Shown piece after piece: positions 38,896 through 50,949 of a DNA stretch of 64,000 nucleotides (positions within the stretch are counted from its first letter, which is position 1; each line of letters begins with the position of its first letter). The DNA lies in NCBI GenBank assembly GCA_030390025.1, contig CM059449.1, positions 2,294,001 to 2,358,000 of the forward strand. The letters run 5' to 3'. Position numbers and translations under genes: made by a program. Source of the stretch: Squalus acanthias. Taxonomy: Eukaryota. The notes below the pieces were generated by a model that saw nothing but the letters and a program-made list of their open reading frames with translations, did not search any database and was not told where the DNA came from.

Positions 38896-39094
38896 AGCAT
38901 ACAATGTTCCCTCCAATTTTTGAGTGCGCGGCCCTTTTGAGGGGTTGCGCGGCCCATTCCAATTTCCATGCATGTGCTGTTTTTCCCCATTGTAAAGCTG
39001 GCAAGCGGCCTGCGTGAGATCTCCAGACAGCTACGCAGCTTACAGGAACATTGCTTCCATAAACATAGCCTGTTTCTCAACCTTGGGACATGCC

Positions 39095-39515
39095 AAAGTG
39101 CTTTACCTGGAAGCCAATGAGATACATTCCAGAATGTAGTCACTTTTAATGTAGAAAATGTGGCAGCCAATTTGCACACAGCAAGAGCCCACAAACAACA
39201 ATGTGATAATGACCAGATAATCTGTTTTTAGCGATGTTGGTTGAGGAATAAATATTGGCCCCAGGACACTGGGAGAACTCTCCTGCTCTTCTTCGAAAAG
39301 TGCCATGGTATCTTTAATGTCCACCTGAGAGGGCAGATGGGGCCTCGGTTTAACATCTCATCCAAAAGATAACATCTCCGACAGTGCAGCGCTCCCTCAG
39401 TACAGCAATGGAGTGCCAGCCTACATTATGTGCTCAAGTCTCCAGAGTGGAACTTGAACCCATGACCTTCTGAGTCAGAGGAGAGAGCTCCACCCATTGG
39501 GCCATGGCCAACACT
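39095..39515 (-). mobile_element. tRNA-derived SINE (Deu-domain type)
   Basis: B-box-like gggttcaagttcc near the 5' end; body shared with 20187-20400. Confidence 0.7.
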
Positions 39516-39979
39516 GTAATTACCTGAATTTTTACATCATTGAGTCGAGCTTCTCCAGGTACAAGAAGTGACATCCTATAATTATGTCATACAACATGAA
39601 AAAAGACAGTGAAGCTACTGTTAAAGAACACAACCTGTATAGAATGTCAAAATGTAGAAACATTACCGAGAAAGAGAGATTACTCACCAGATACTGGACC
39701 ACAAACAAGGAACAGACCGAGAAGGAGAGTTCCACACTCCATTTTCATCACTCTGCAAATTCAAAATAAAATGCAATTATTTGAGTGAATTATCTCAGTA
39801 CATTCTCCACAAGCTGGATAAAATCTGACTGGGAATCCGACTGAAGATTATATGGGATTGCTTGGATGTAAATGTCATTCTCAGGTGTCCATACCACAAC
39901 CCACCACAGGACACCCACGGTCCATCAGCCCTGGCTCTGCTCCACAATTTCTCAGACATGAACTCACTCTGTTGCTGGG

Positions 39980-40421
39980 GGGGAGCCCAGGGCGGGGCGG
40001 CTGGTCGGCAGAGGTGTGAACGGACGAACGCTTGAATGATCGGACGAACAATTGAGTGGATGGTCGGGTGGGCGGTGCAAGTGGGACTGGCATGGAACAG
40101 GTTTCTTGGGTTATTGGAGTGGATGTTATCTGTGGCATTTAGTTGGATTGTGATGGTGCTATGTGTTTGTACACTGTGGTGTTGAAATGGGTTGTTTTAT
40201 GTGGAGTTAACTGAGATGTATTATTTTAAATCTAAAAAAAAAATTGTGTGGTATTGTTTGGGGGTATTTGTACTGTAAACATTATTGATTGTTGTAAGAT
40301 TAATCATTGCATTTATATTAACTATAAGGCTGTTTTTAAAGCTTATGTTTTACTGTGATGGATGAATGTAATGGATTTACTATGTAATTGATGAGTGGTA
40401 TTATTGGTTTGAATAAAAGAT
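39980..40421 (+). mobile_element. 5'-truncated retroelement 3' UTR (L1/Tx1-like) with a 16-bp target-site duplication
   Basis: tcactctgttgctggg at 39964-39979 and 40422-40437; GT-rich body; AATAAA at 40412. Confidence 0.7.
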
Positions 40422-40969
40422 TCACTCTGTTGCTGGGCAACAGGCTGCCGTGTGCAAATGCGGAAGTGAATGAAGATCCGGACCTGTTGCTTCCAATGAA
40501 CCCGCTTCCAAAGTTAAATTAAAGAAGCGAGTGGAAGCGGGCGCTTCAGTAAAAGAAGCCCCGTCCCACCTGACTCAGGACAACTTGATGTGGAAAGGTT
40601 CCTGGGGCTGGGCTCACTTCACCAAATGTCCCGCAGCATCAAATGTGGTTAAAGGCCGGGTGCGGGAGCCGAGCTCCGGACTCCCACATTTGCTCCAATT
40701 CACGCCGCGCCCATCCAAAGGGCAGCAAAGTGAAAGCTCTTTTGTGCAGTGAGATTGAGTCGGACCATTTTGTTGGGCGGAAAGCGGCGAAAAGTTTGGG
40801 CGCAGACAGGTTGGTGCCATTTGCTGCTAATGCATTGAGCGAGAGGAATGGGTGGAGAATGGGAGAGCGGCCCCGGGGAGGAGAGGCATAGGCCGGGCTG
40901 GGCTCCTTGCTCACACCCAGGAGCCGGACTGGAGCAGTTCCTGGCCCAGCCGCACCCTCCCCGAACCCG

Positions 40970-43645
40970 GGTTACAGAGACAGAGCTGGAGGAGGTTACA
41001 GAGATGGGGAGGGTTGTAGGGCTGGAGGAGGATAAAGAGATAGGGAGGGTTGTAGGGCTGGAGGAGGTTACAGAGACAGGGAAGGTTGTAGGGCTGGAGG
41101 AGGATACAGAGATGGGGAGGGTTGTTGGGCTGGAGGAGGATACAGAGATGGGGAGGGTTGTAGGGCTGGAGGAGGTTACAGAGATAGGGAGGATTGTAGG
41201 GCTGGAGGAGGTTACAGAGACGGAGAGTGTAGGGCTGGAGGAGGTTACAGAGACGGAGGGTTGTAGAGCTGGAGGAGGTCCGAGATAGGGAGGGGTGTAG
41301 GGCTGGAGGAGGTTACAGAGACAGGGAGGGTTGTAGGGCTGGAGGACGTTACAGAGCTAGGGAAGGTTGTAGGGCAGGAGGATGTTAGCGAGATAGGGAG
41401 TGTTGTAGGGCTGGGGGAGTGTTGTAGGGCTGCAGGAGGTTATCGAGACGGAGGGTTTTAGGGATGGAGGAGGTTATCGAGACGGACTGTTTTAGGGATG
41501 AGGAGGTTACTGAGATGGAGGGTTGTAGGGCTGGAGGAAGATACAGAGATAGGGAGGGTTGTTGAGCTGGAGGAGGTTACAGAAATAGGGAGGGTTGTTG
41601 GGCTGGAGGAGGTTACAGAAATAGGGAGGGTTGTTGGGCTGGAGGAGGTTACAGAGATTGGGAGGGTTGTAGGGCTGGAGGAGGATACAGAGATAGGGAG
41701 GGTTGTAGGGCTGGAGGAGGTTACAGAGACGGGGAGGGTTGTAGGGCTGGAGGAGGTTACAGAGTTGGGGAGGGTTGTAGGGCTGGAGTAGGTTACAGAG
41801 ACAGGGAGAGTTGTAGGGCTGGAGGATGTTAGCGAGATAGGGAGTGTTGTACGGCTGGGGGAGTGTTGTTGGGCTGGAGGAGGTTACAGAGAGGGAGGGT
41901 TGTAGGGCTGGAGGAAGTTAGAGAGATAGGGAGGATTGTAGGGCTGGAGGTGGTTACAGAGTTGGGGAGGGTTGTAGGGCTGGAGTAGGTTACAGAGATG
42001 GAGGGTTGCAGGGCTGGAGGGGGTTACAGAGAAAGGGAGGGTTGCAGGGCTGGAGGAGCTTTCAGAGATAGGGAGGGTTGTGGGGTTGGAGGAGCTTACA
42101 GAGATAGGGAGGGTTGTGGGGCTGGATGAGGTTACAGAGATGGGGAGGCTTCTAGGGCTGGAGGAGGTTACAGAGACACGGAGGGTTCTTGGGCTGGAGG
42201 ATGTTAGAGAGGGTGGGTTGTAGGTCTACAGGAGTTCAGATATAGGGAGGGTTGTAGGGCTGGAGGAGGTTACAAAGATAGGGAGGATTGTAGGGCTGGA
42301 GGAGCTTACAGACATAGGGATAATTGTAGGGCTGAAGGAGGTTACAGGAATAGGGACTGTTGTAGGGCTGGAGGAGGTTACAGAGATGGGGAGGGTTGTA
42401 GGGCTGGAGGAGGTTGCAGAGATAGGGAGGGTTGTAGGGCTGGAGGAGGTTACAGTTAGGGAGGGTGTTAGGGCTGGAGGAGGTTACAGAGACGGAGGGT
42501 TGTAGAGGCTGGAGGAGGTTACAGAGATAGTGTGGGCTGCAGGGCTGGAGGAGGTTACAGAGACAGGGAGGGTTGTAGGGCGGTTAGAGGTGGAGGGTTG
42601 TTGGGCTGGAGGAGTTTAGAGACAGGGAGGGTTGTAGGGCTGGAGGAGGTTGGAGATAGGGAGGGTTGTAGGGCTGGAGGAGGTTAGAGGGACAGGGAGG
42701 GTTGTAGGGCTGGAGGAGGTTACAGAGACAGGGTGGGTTGTAAGTTTGGAGGAGGTTAGAGATAGGGAGGGTTGTAGGGCTGGAGGAGGTTAGAGGGACA
42801 GGGAGGGTTGTAGAGGCTGGAGGAGGTTACAGAGATAGGGAGTGTTGTAGGGCTGGAGGAGATTACAGAGATAGCGAGAGTTGTAGGGCTGCAGACGGTT
42901 AAAGAGAAAGTGAGGGTGTTAGGGATGGAGGAGGTTACAGAGATAGGGAGTGTTGTCGGACTGGAGGAGGTTACAGAGATCGGTAGGGTTGGCGGGCTGG
43001 AGGAGGTTACAGAGATCGTGTGGGTTGTAGGGCTGGAGGAGGTTACAGAGATAAGGAGGGTTGGAGAGGCTGGAGGAGGTTACAGAGAGTGTGGGTTGTA
43101 GGGCTGGAGGAGGTTACAGAGATAGGGAGGGTTGTAGAGGCTGGAGGAGGTTACAGAGATAGTGTAGGTTGTAGGGCTGTTAGAGGTGGAGGGTTGTAGG
43201 GCTGGAGGAGGTTACAGAGATAGGAAGGCTTCCAGGGCTGGAGGAGGTTACAGGGACAGGGAGAGTTGTCGGGCTGGAGGAGGTTAGAGATAGGGAGGGT
43301 TGTAGAGGCTGGAGGAGGTTACAGAGATAGGGAGGCTGCTAGGGCTGGAGGAGGTTACAGAGATGGGGAATGTTGTAGGGCTGGAGGAGGATAGAGATAG
43401 GGAGGGTTGTAGGGCTGGAGGAGATTAACGAGACAGGGAGGGTTGTAGGAGGTTACAGAGATAGGGAGGGGTGGAGGTTTCAGAGATAGGCAGGCTGCTA
43501 GGGCTGGAGGAGGTTACAGAGATAGGGAGGGTTGTGGAGGCTGGAGGAGGTTACAGGGATAGGGATGGTTGTGGAGGCTGGAGGAGGTTACAGAGACAGG
43601 GAGGCTTCCAGGGATGGAGGAGGTTATAGAGATGGAGGATTGTCG
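40970..43645 (+). repeat. About 2.7-kb G-rich minisatellite with a unit of about 36 bp
   Basis: Unit gggagggttgtagggctggaggaggttacagagata with variants. Confidence 0.97.
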
Positions 43646-43647
43646 GG

Positions 43648-44207
43648 CTGCAATGAAGGCCAACATACCATTTGCCTTCCTAACTGCTTGCTGCACCTGC
43701 ATGTTTGCTTTCAGTGACTGGTGTACAAGGACTCCCAGGTCCCTTTGTACATCAACATTTCCCAATCTATCACCATTTAAATAATACTCTTCCTTTCTGT
43801 TTTTCCTACCAAATTGGATAACTTCACATTTATCCACGTTATACTGCACCTGCCATGTATTTGCCCACTCACTCAACTTGTCTAAATCGCCTTGAAGCCT
43901 GTTTGCATCCTCCTCACAACTCACAATCCCACCTAGTTTCGTGTCGTCAGGAAACTTGGAAATATTACATTTGGTTCCCTTGTCCAAATCGTTGATATAT
44001 ATTGTGAATAGCTGGGGCCCAAGCACTGATCCCTGCGGTACCCCACTAGTCACCACCTGCCACCTCAAAAAAGACCCATTTATTCCTACTCTCTGTTTCT
44101 TGTCTGTTAACCAATTTTCAATCCGTGCCAGTTCATTACCCCCAATCCCATGTGCTTTAATTTTGCACACTAACCTCTTATGTGGGACTTTATCAAAGGC
44201 CTTCTGA
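43648..44207 (-). mobile_element. CR1 internal RT fragment
   Basis: [18 protein letters not shown]. Confidence 0.88.
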
Positions 44208-44629
44208 AGTGTTTTCTGCAAAAGAGACATTTCTGCAGTGTCTCCTTCCTATAGTCATTTATTACTCTGATCAGTGAGCTGCACTGATTACTGGATAGAT
44301 CCCCACACATTTCTCCCAGTGTCTCCTTCCTATTGTTCCTATAGTCATTCATTTATTACTCTGATCAGTGAGCAGCACTAATTACTGGATAGATCCCCAC
44401 ACATTTCTGCAACACACTGAAATAAAACATCAGAGTCACGCTGTTATTTTAAAGAAATCTTACTCGCCGCCCAGACAGGTTTGAATGAAGAGAGTTCTTC
44501 AGCCAATTCTCTTTATCTTTCTGGAATACCAGCCCTGCCTTCTTCCTGTTGCAGCATCCAGCTATTTCTTCCTTTCACATCAAGATATGAGAATTATTGT
44601 CAGTGATATGAAAAGGGTGTTAATAATGC

Positions 44630-45243
44630 TGCTGCTTCTTCTTAGGCAGTCACTCGGAACCGAGGATGACTTGCTTCCACATTAAAAATGAGTTCTCAGG
44701 TGACTGAGTCCAATGCGAGACCTACAGTCTCTGTCACAGGTGGGGCAGACGGTGGTTGAAGGGGCGGGTGGGTGGGGTGCTTGGGTGACTTGCGCTCCTT
44801 GCGCTTGGCTTCCGCTTGCTCCTGGCGAAGAGACTCGAGGTGTTCGGCGCCTTCCCGGATGCTTCTCCTCCACTTTGTGCGGTCTTGGGCCAGGGATTCC
44901 CAGGTGTCGGTGGGGATGTTACACTTTTTCAAGGAGGCTTTGAGGGTGTCCTTGAAGCGTTTCCTCTGCCCACCTGGGGCTCACTTACCGTGCCGGAGCT
45001 CCGAGTAGAGCGCTTGTTTTGGGAGTCTCGTATCGGGCATGCAGACAATGTGACCCGTCCATTGGAGCTGATCGAGCGTGGTCAAAGTTTCGATGCTGAG
45101 GATGTTGGCCTGAGCGAGAACACTGACGTTGGTGCGCCTATCCTGCCAATGGATTTGCAGGATCTTGCGGAGGCAGCATTGGTGGTACCTCTCCAGTGCT
45201 TTGAGGTGCCTGCTGTACATGGTCCATGGTCCTGCTGTTCATG
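44630..45243 (-). mobile_element. 5'-truncated RTE-clade LINE, gene 2-specific, with an 11-bp target-site duplication
   Basis: gttaataatgc at 44619-44629 and 45244-45254; CLRKILQIHWQDRRTN..RLPKQALYSEL; the empty site is seen near 2915. Confidence 0.9.
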
Positions 45244-45313
45244 GTTAATAATGCAGCATGAAAACAATGGGTGACTGATCCAGGTAACTCTGATCTAATT
45301 TACAGGGTCCACA

Positions 45314-45371
45314 ATGGAGAATCGCCTACTGGCGTCATTCCTATTGTTACAGATACAGATTACAGCAGCAG
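45314..45371 (+). CDS. BTN-like gene 2, signal peptide exon
   Basis: Same peptide as gene 1 ([19 protein letters not shown]); donor CAG|gtaag. Confidence 0.88.
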
Positions 45372-45456
45372 GTAAGAGACTGGGTTAAAGGCATGAAGTC
45401 TGGATTATCTGTATGATGTGTGCTGTGACAGTATTTAAATGCTATTCATTCTTCAG

Positions 45457-45804
45457 TTACAGGAGACTTCGAAGTGACCGGTGCAGACAGCCCAGTACTA
45501 GTGACCGTGGGTAGTAGCATCACGCTGAACTGTCAGGTCACAAAGAGCTTTGACCCTCTGAGTATGGAACTGGAATGGTTAAAAGCAGATACCCTTGAAA
45601 CTGTAGTTTTAATTAAAAATGGAATCAATCGTGCAAAGTCAATCAACTATCATGGAAGGACTGAGCTCTTTACGGACAAATTTGATCAGGGAAATATCTC
45701 TCTCCGTCTAAGCAATGTCCGTATCTCCGATGAGGGTATCTACAGATGCCTCGTGAGCTCCAGTTCTTGGGGACAGGCAGGAGATGCAGAACTAACAGTA
45801 GCCA
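45457..45804 (+). CDS. BTN-like gene 2, IgV exon
   Basis: Open paralogue of 3129-3476 with both Cys and the Trp intact; donor CCA|gtaggt. Confidence 0.93.
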
Positions 45805-46473
45805 GTAGGTATTGATACAGAGAACTGAATCTGTGAATATAGTCACCAAAATTATTCATAAATTTACATCCCCGTGTAACATGTCTTTTTAATTAATTTA
45901 TAAACAGAGAGTACCAACATTGATTCTTAACTGTTGTTGCTGCTTCAGTTTGAGTACATGGAGTTAATGTTCCGTATTGTGATTGGATTGTGGAGGGAAT
46001 GAAACCGTGCTCGATCCGTTCACTCTCATTCTGAACAATCAGTCTCGGGAACACTGGGGATCTTCTACATCTCAATCTGCACGGTGCTCACTGTGGGTGT
46101 AGATTCACTGTAGAACGTGTCACTGGGACTCTGGACCAACATTTTATCTCATGGCCTGAGATTCCCTCCTCCTCCTCCTCCGATCACAAGATAATTACAG
46201 ATGAGGAAGGCCGTTCGGCCCATTTTATTTTAACCAGAAAGACCCGAACTTCCTCCATTGTCCTCCAATTGGTTCTTAAACCTCTCCAGGGTTTTCTCCT
46301 CCACCACTCTGTCCAGAGTTCATTCCATGTGTTCATCACTCTTTGTTTGATGAACTGGCTGTTACCAGTCTCACATTTACCTTTTACTAGTGTTCACTTG
46401 TCCCACTCTCACAATTTAAAATAATATTTCAGCTTTACCTTTTCCGTTCCTTTAACTACCTATATCTACCTCA

Positions 46474-49400
46474 ACAAGGGGGATGGCGAACAGTCAGAGG
46501 TCGTGGTTCACATTGGTACCAACGACATGGGTAGAAAGAGGGATGAGGTCCTGCAACAAGAATTTAGGGAGCTAGGTAGCAGATCAAAAAGCAGGACCTC
46601 AAAGGTTGTAATCTCTGGATTACTCCTGGTGCCACGTGCTAGTGAGTATAGGAATAGGAGGATAGAGCTGATGAATGCGTGGCTAAAGAGTTGGTGCAGG
46701 AGGGAGGGCTTTAGTTTCCTGGATCACTGAGTCTGTTCAAGTCGGACAGGTTGCACCTGAACCGGAACGGGACCAGCATCCTTGCGGGGAGGTTTGCTAG
46801 TGCTGTTGGGGAGGTGGTGGGGGAGGGGGCGTTAAACTAACTTGGCAGGGAGATGGGATACGGAGTGGAGCTATAGTAGGGGGTGATGCACAGCCAAATA
46901 TAGAGGAAAAAACAAGTCAGCCTGGAAGGCAGAGCAAATATGTAACGGCACAAGGGAGTATGGCAAGGCTGGATGGCATTTATTTTAATGCAAGGAGTCT
47001 TGCGAGTAAGGCAAATGAATTGAAGGTGTTGATGAACACATGGGAGTATGATATTGTTGCTATCACAGAGACATGGTTGAGGGAGGGGCAGGACTGGCAG
47101 CTCAATATTCCGGGGTATAGAATCTTCAGGCGAGACAGAGTGGGGTGTAAAAGAGGAGGGGGTGTCGCAATATTAATCAAGGAGTCAATTACTGCTGTAA
47201 GGAGGGATGATATCTTAGCAGGTTCCTCTAAATGAGGCCATATGGGTGGAACTTAAAAACAAAAAGGGGGCAAGCACTTTGCTGGGTGTGTACTATAGGC
47301 CCCCAAACAGTCAGGGGGAGATAGAGGAACAGATATGTAGGCAAATCTCAGAAGTGTAGAAAAAACAGGGTAATAATAGTAGGGGATTTCAACTTCCCCA
47401 ATATTAACTGGGATAGTCAGAGTATGAAAGGCTTAGAAGGGGCGGAATTCTTAAAGTGCATCCAGGAGAGCTTTTTGAGCCAGCATGTAGAAAGTCCTAC
47501 AAGAGAGGGGGCGGTACTGGACCTAATTCTAGGGAATGTAGCCGGGCAAGTGGTAGAAGTGTCAGTAGGAGAGCATTTTGGTGACGGTGACCATAATTCG
47601 GTGAGATTTAAGGTAGTCATGGAAAAGGACAAAGATGGACCGGAAATAAAGGTTCTAAATTGGGGGAAGGCCGATTTTAATGATAAGGCAGGATCTGGCC
47701 AAAGTGGACTGGGATCAGCTACTTGTAGGAAAATCCACATCAGAGCAGTGGGAGTCTTTCAGAAAGGAAATAGAGCGAGTACAACGCCAACATCTTCCCG
47801 TAAGGGTCAAGGGTCGGACCAACAAGCCCAAGGAACCCTGGCTGTCAAGGGATATACAAGAATGGATTAGGAAAAAAAGGGAGGCTTTTGGCAGATACAA
47901 AGGACTAAAAACAGTGGAAGCCCGAGAGGAGTATAGAAAGTGCAGGGGGGTACTTAAAAAAGAAATTAGGAGAGCGAAGAGGGGGCATAAAAAAACACTG
48001 GCGGGCAAAATAAAGGAAAATCCCAAGGTGTTTTATAAGTATATTAAGGGCAAGAGGATAACCAGGGAAAGAGTAGGGCCCATTTGGGACCAAAGTGGCA
48101 ATCTGTGTGTAGAGCCAGAAGATGTGGGTGAGGTTTTATATGAATATTTTGCATCTGTGTTCACTATCGAGAAGGACGATGTAGGTATAGAAATCAGGCA
48201 GGGGGATTGTGATATACTTGAACAAATTAATATTGAGAGGGAGGAGGTACTAGCGGTTTTAGCGGGCTTAAAAGTGGATAAATCCCCAGGCCCAGACAAG
48301 ATGTATCCCAGGCTGCTGTGTGAGGCAAGGGAGGAGATTGCATGGTCTCTGACACAAATTTTCAGATCCTCTCTGGCCACAGGGGAGGTGCCAGAGGACT
48401 GGAGGACAGCTAATGTAGTACCATTATTCAAGAAGGGTAGTAGCGATAAACCAGGGAATTGCAGGCCAGTGAGCCTAACATCAGTGGTAGGGAAATTATT
48501 GGAAAAAATTCTGAGGGACAGAATTAGTCTCCACTTGGAGAGGCAGGGATTAATCAAGGATAGTCAGCATGGTTTTGTCAGGGGGAGATCATGTCTAACC
48601 AATTTGATTGAATTTTTTGAGAGGGTGACTTGGTGCATGGATGAGGGTAGTGCTGCTGATGTAGTCTACATGGACTTCAGTAAGGCTTTTGACAAAGTCC
48701 CGCATGGTAGACTGGTCAAGAAGGTAAGAGCCCATGGGATCCAGGGCAACTTGGCACATTGGATCCAAAATTAGCTTAGTGGCAGGAGGCAGAGGGTGAT
48801 GGTCGAAGGTTGTTTTTGTGACTGGAAGCCTGTGTCCAGTGGTGTACCGCAGGGATCGGTGCTGGGTCCTTTGCTGTTTGTAGTGTTCATTAATGATTTA
48901 GATATGAATGTAGGAGGTATGATCAGTAAGTTCACAGATGACACAAAAATTGGTGGAGTGGTAAATAGTGAGGAGAGAAGCCTCAGGCGACAGAACGATA
49001 TAGACGGGTTGGTCAGATGGGCAGAACAGTGACAAATGGAATTTAACCCTGAAAAGTGTGAGGTGATGCATTTTGGGAGGACTAACAAGGCAAGGGAATA
49101 CACAATGAATGGTAGGACCCTAGGAAGGACAGAGGATCAGAGGGACCTTGGTGTGCATGTACATAGATCCCTGAAGGCAGCAGGACAGGTAGATAAGGTG
49201 GTTAAAAAGGCATATGGGATACTTGCCTTCATTAGCTGAGGCATAGAATATAAGAGCAGGGAGGTTATGATGGAGCTGTACAAAATGCTAGTTAGGCCAC
49301 AGCTGGAATATTGTGTGCAGTTCTGGATGCCACACTATAGGAAGGATGTGATTGCATTGGAGAGGGTGCAGAGGAGATTCACCAGGATGTTACCTGGGTT

Positions 49401-49845
49401 GGAGCGCTTCAGCTATGAAGAGCGACTGGACAAGCTGGGGTTGTTTTCCTTAGAGCAGAGAAGGATGAGGGGGGACCTGATTGAGGTGTACAAAATTATG
49501 AGGTGGGTAGATAGAAAGGAACTTTTCCCCTTAGTAGAGGGGTCACTAACCAGGGGGCATAGTTTCAAGGTAAGGGGCAGGAGGTTTCGAGGGGATTTGA
49601 GGAAAAACTTTTTCACCCAGAGGGTGGTTTGAATCTGGAACTCACTGCCTGAAAGGGTGGGAGAGGCAGGAACCCTCACAACATTCAAGAAGCATTTAGA
49701 TGAGCACTTGAAACGCCATAGCATACAAGGCTACAGACCAAGTGCTGGAAAATGGGATTAGAATAGACAGGGCTTGATGGCCGGCGCGGACACGATGGGC
49801 TGAAGGGCCTCTTTCTGTGCTGTATAACTCTATGGCTATGATTCT
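46474..49845 (+). mobile_element. Long CR1 LINE (ORF1 esterase C-terminus plus nearly complete APE-RT ORF2 with several stops and frameshifts), gene 2-specific
   Basis: VVHIGTND (SGNH ORF1), YFNARSL..AITETWL (APE), [13 protein letters not shown], 3' tail; the empty site is seen near 4145. Confidence 0.93.
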
Positions 49846-50949
49846 AAAGTCCCCTCTCAGAAGCCTCCTTTCCAGGTGCAAATCCCAGGTTTCTCCAGTC
49901 TTTTCCCGTCACTCAGACCCCTGACACTGGGGATGAGTCTGGTGGATCTTCTCCGATCTGCCTCCAGTGTTCAAATGTCGCCCTTGTTTCTCAATGGCCA
50001 GAACTGGACACTGTATTCAAGGTGGGCTCTGACCAGAGCACCATGCAGTTTGATCGTGGCTTCCTCTGACTTGTCGGCTACTGTTTTTATCCATTTAGTT
50101 CGGGGGTCGGGGGAGAGAATGTTGCTCATGTTCCCTTATGAATACTTCAAGGACATGATGATTCAGAATATTTCCTATTTTGTGCTTGCCCCCAGTTCTG
50201 ATATTGTTTGAATCATTTATGGTTTTCACCGATTCTTTGACATTCCTGCCACTGCTGTAGGACTGAGGTTTTTTTACTGTAATGTTTCACTTCAGCTGCT
50301 GTGTATATTCCGAGACCTTTCCTGGCCCTTCTCATCACCTGCTGAACGTGTTCCTGCACGTTCCTATAGTCATCCCAGTGAACCCCTTCTCCTTTCTCCC
50401 AGCAGGATTTATAGCCATTTCTCCTCTTATTTCACTTCAATCTCTTTGTTAATCCATTGAGGATCAAGTGTGTTTAGCCTGAGCGGATTTCAGATCCTCA
50501 CCGTGTTGGAGTCCGAGTCACCCACTGAGTCTGACTGTAACTCATTCTTTCCCAGGACTGCAGAGCTGTGGAACTCCTGGCCTCCCTCCGCTTTCTCCTC
50601 CTCCTACAATCTACGGTTTTTAAAAACTCAAGTGTGGCCTCCCCTGATCACAGCTTCATAATTTGCATCCTCTCTAGTCTGTTCTGTACCGTGGTGGAGG
50701 CCTCCTGTCTGGGCCTTGGCCCTTCACACCCATTCGGCAACAATATCAAAGTGAGGCCTCCCAAAAAAAGCTTCAGATGATCTGGAGAAAGTAGAAAGAG
50801 AGACATTCCAAACATTCACATTCTCCGTTAACTGCTGATGCCTGATGGGAACAGTTTTCCGGCCTAAATATAGGGATTAACCAGGAAACATTGACACTTG
50901 TGCATTGAACCAGATGTGTAAATATCTTTTTAATACAGGAAAACTGGTT

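Noticed and set aside
40848-41791. ORFs with [11 protein letters not shown] repeats
   Set aside because: Translation of a 36-bp minisatellite with frequent frameshifts; no gene structure.
47680-48774. Long RT ORFs as host genes or active LINEs
   Set aside because: These are CR1 ORF2 pieces interrupted by stops and frameshifts.
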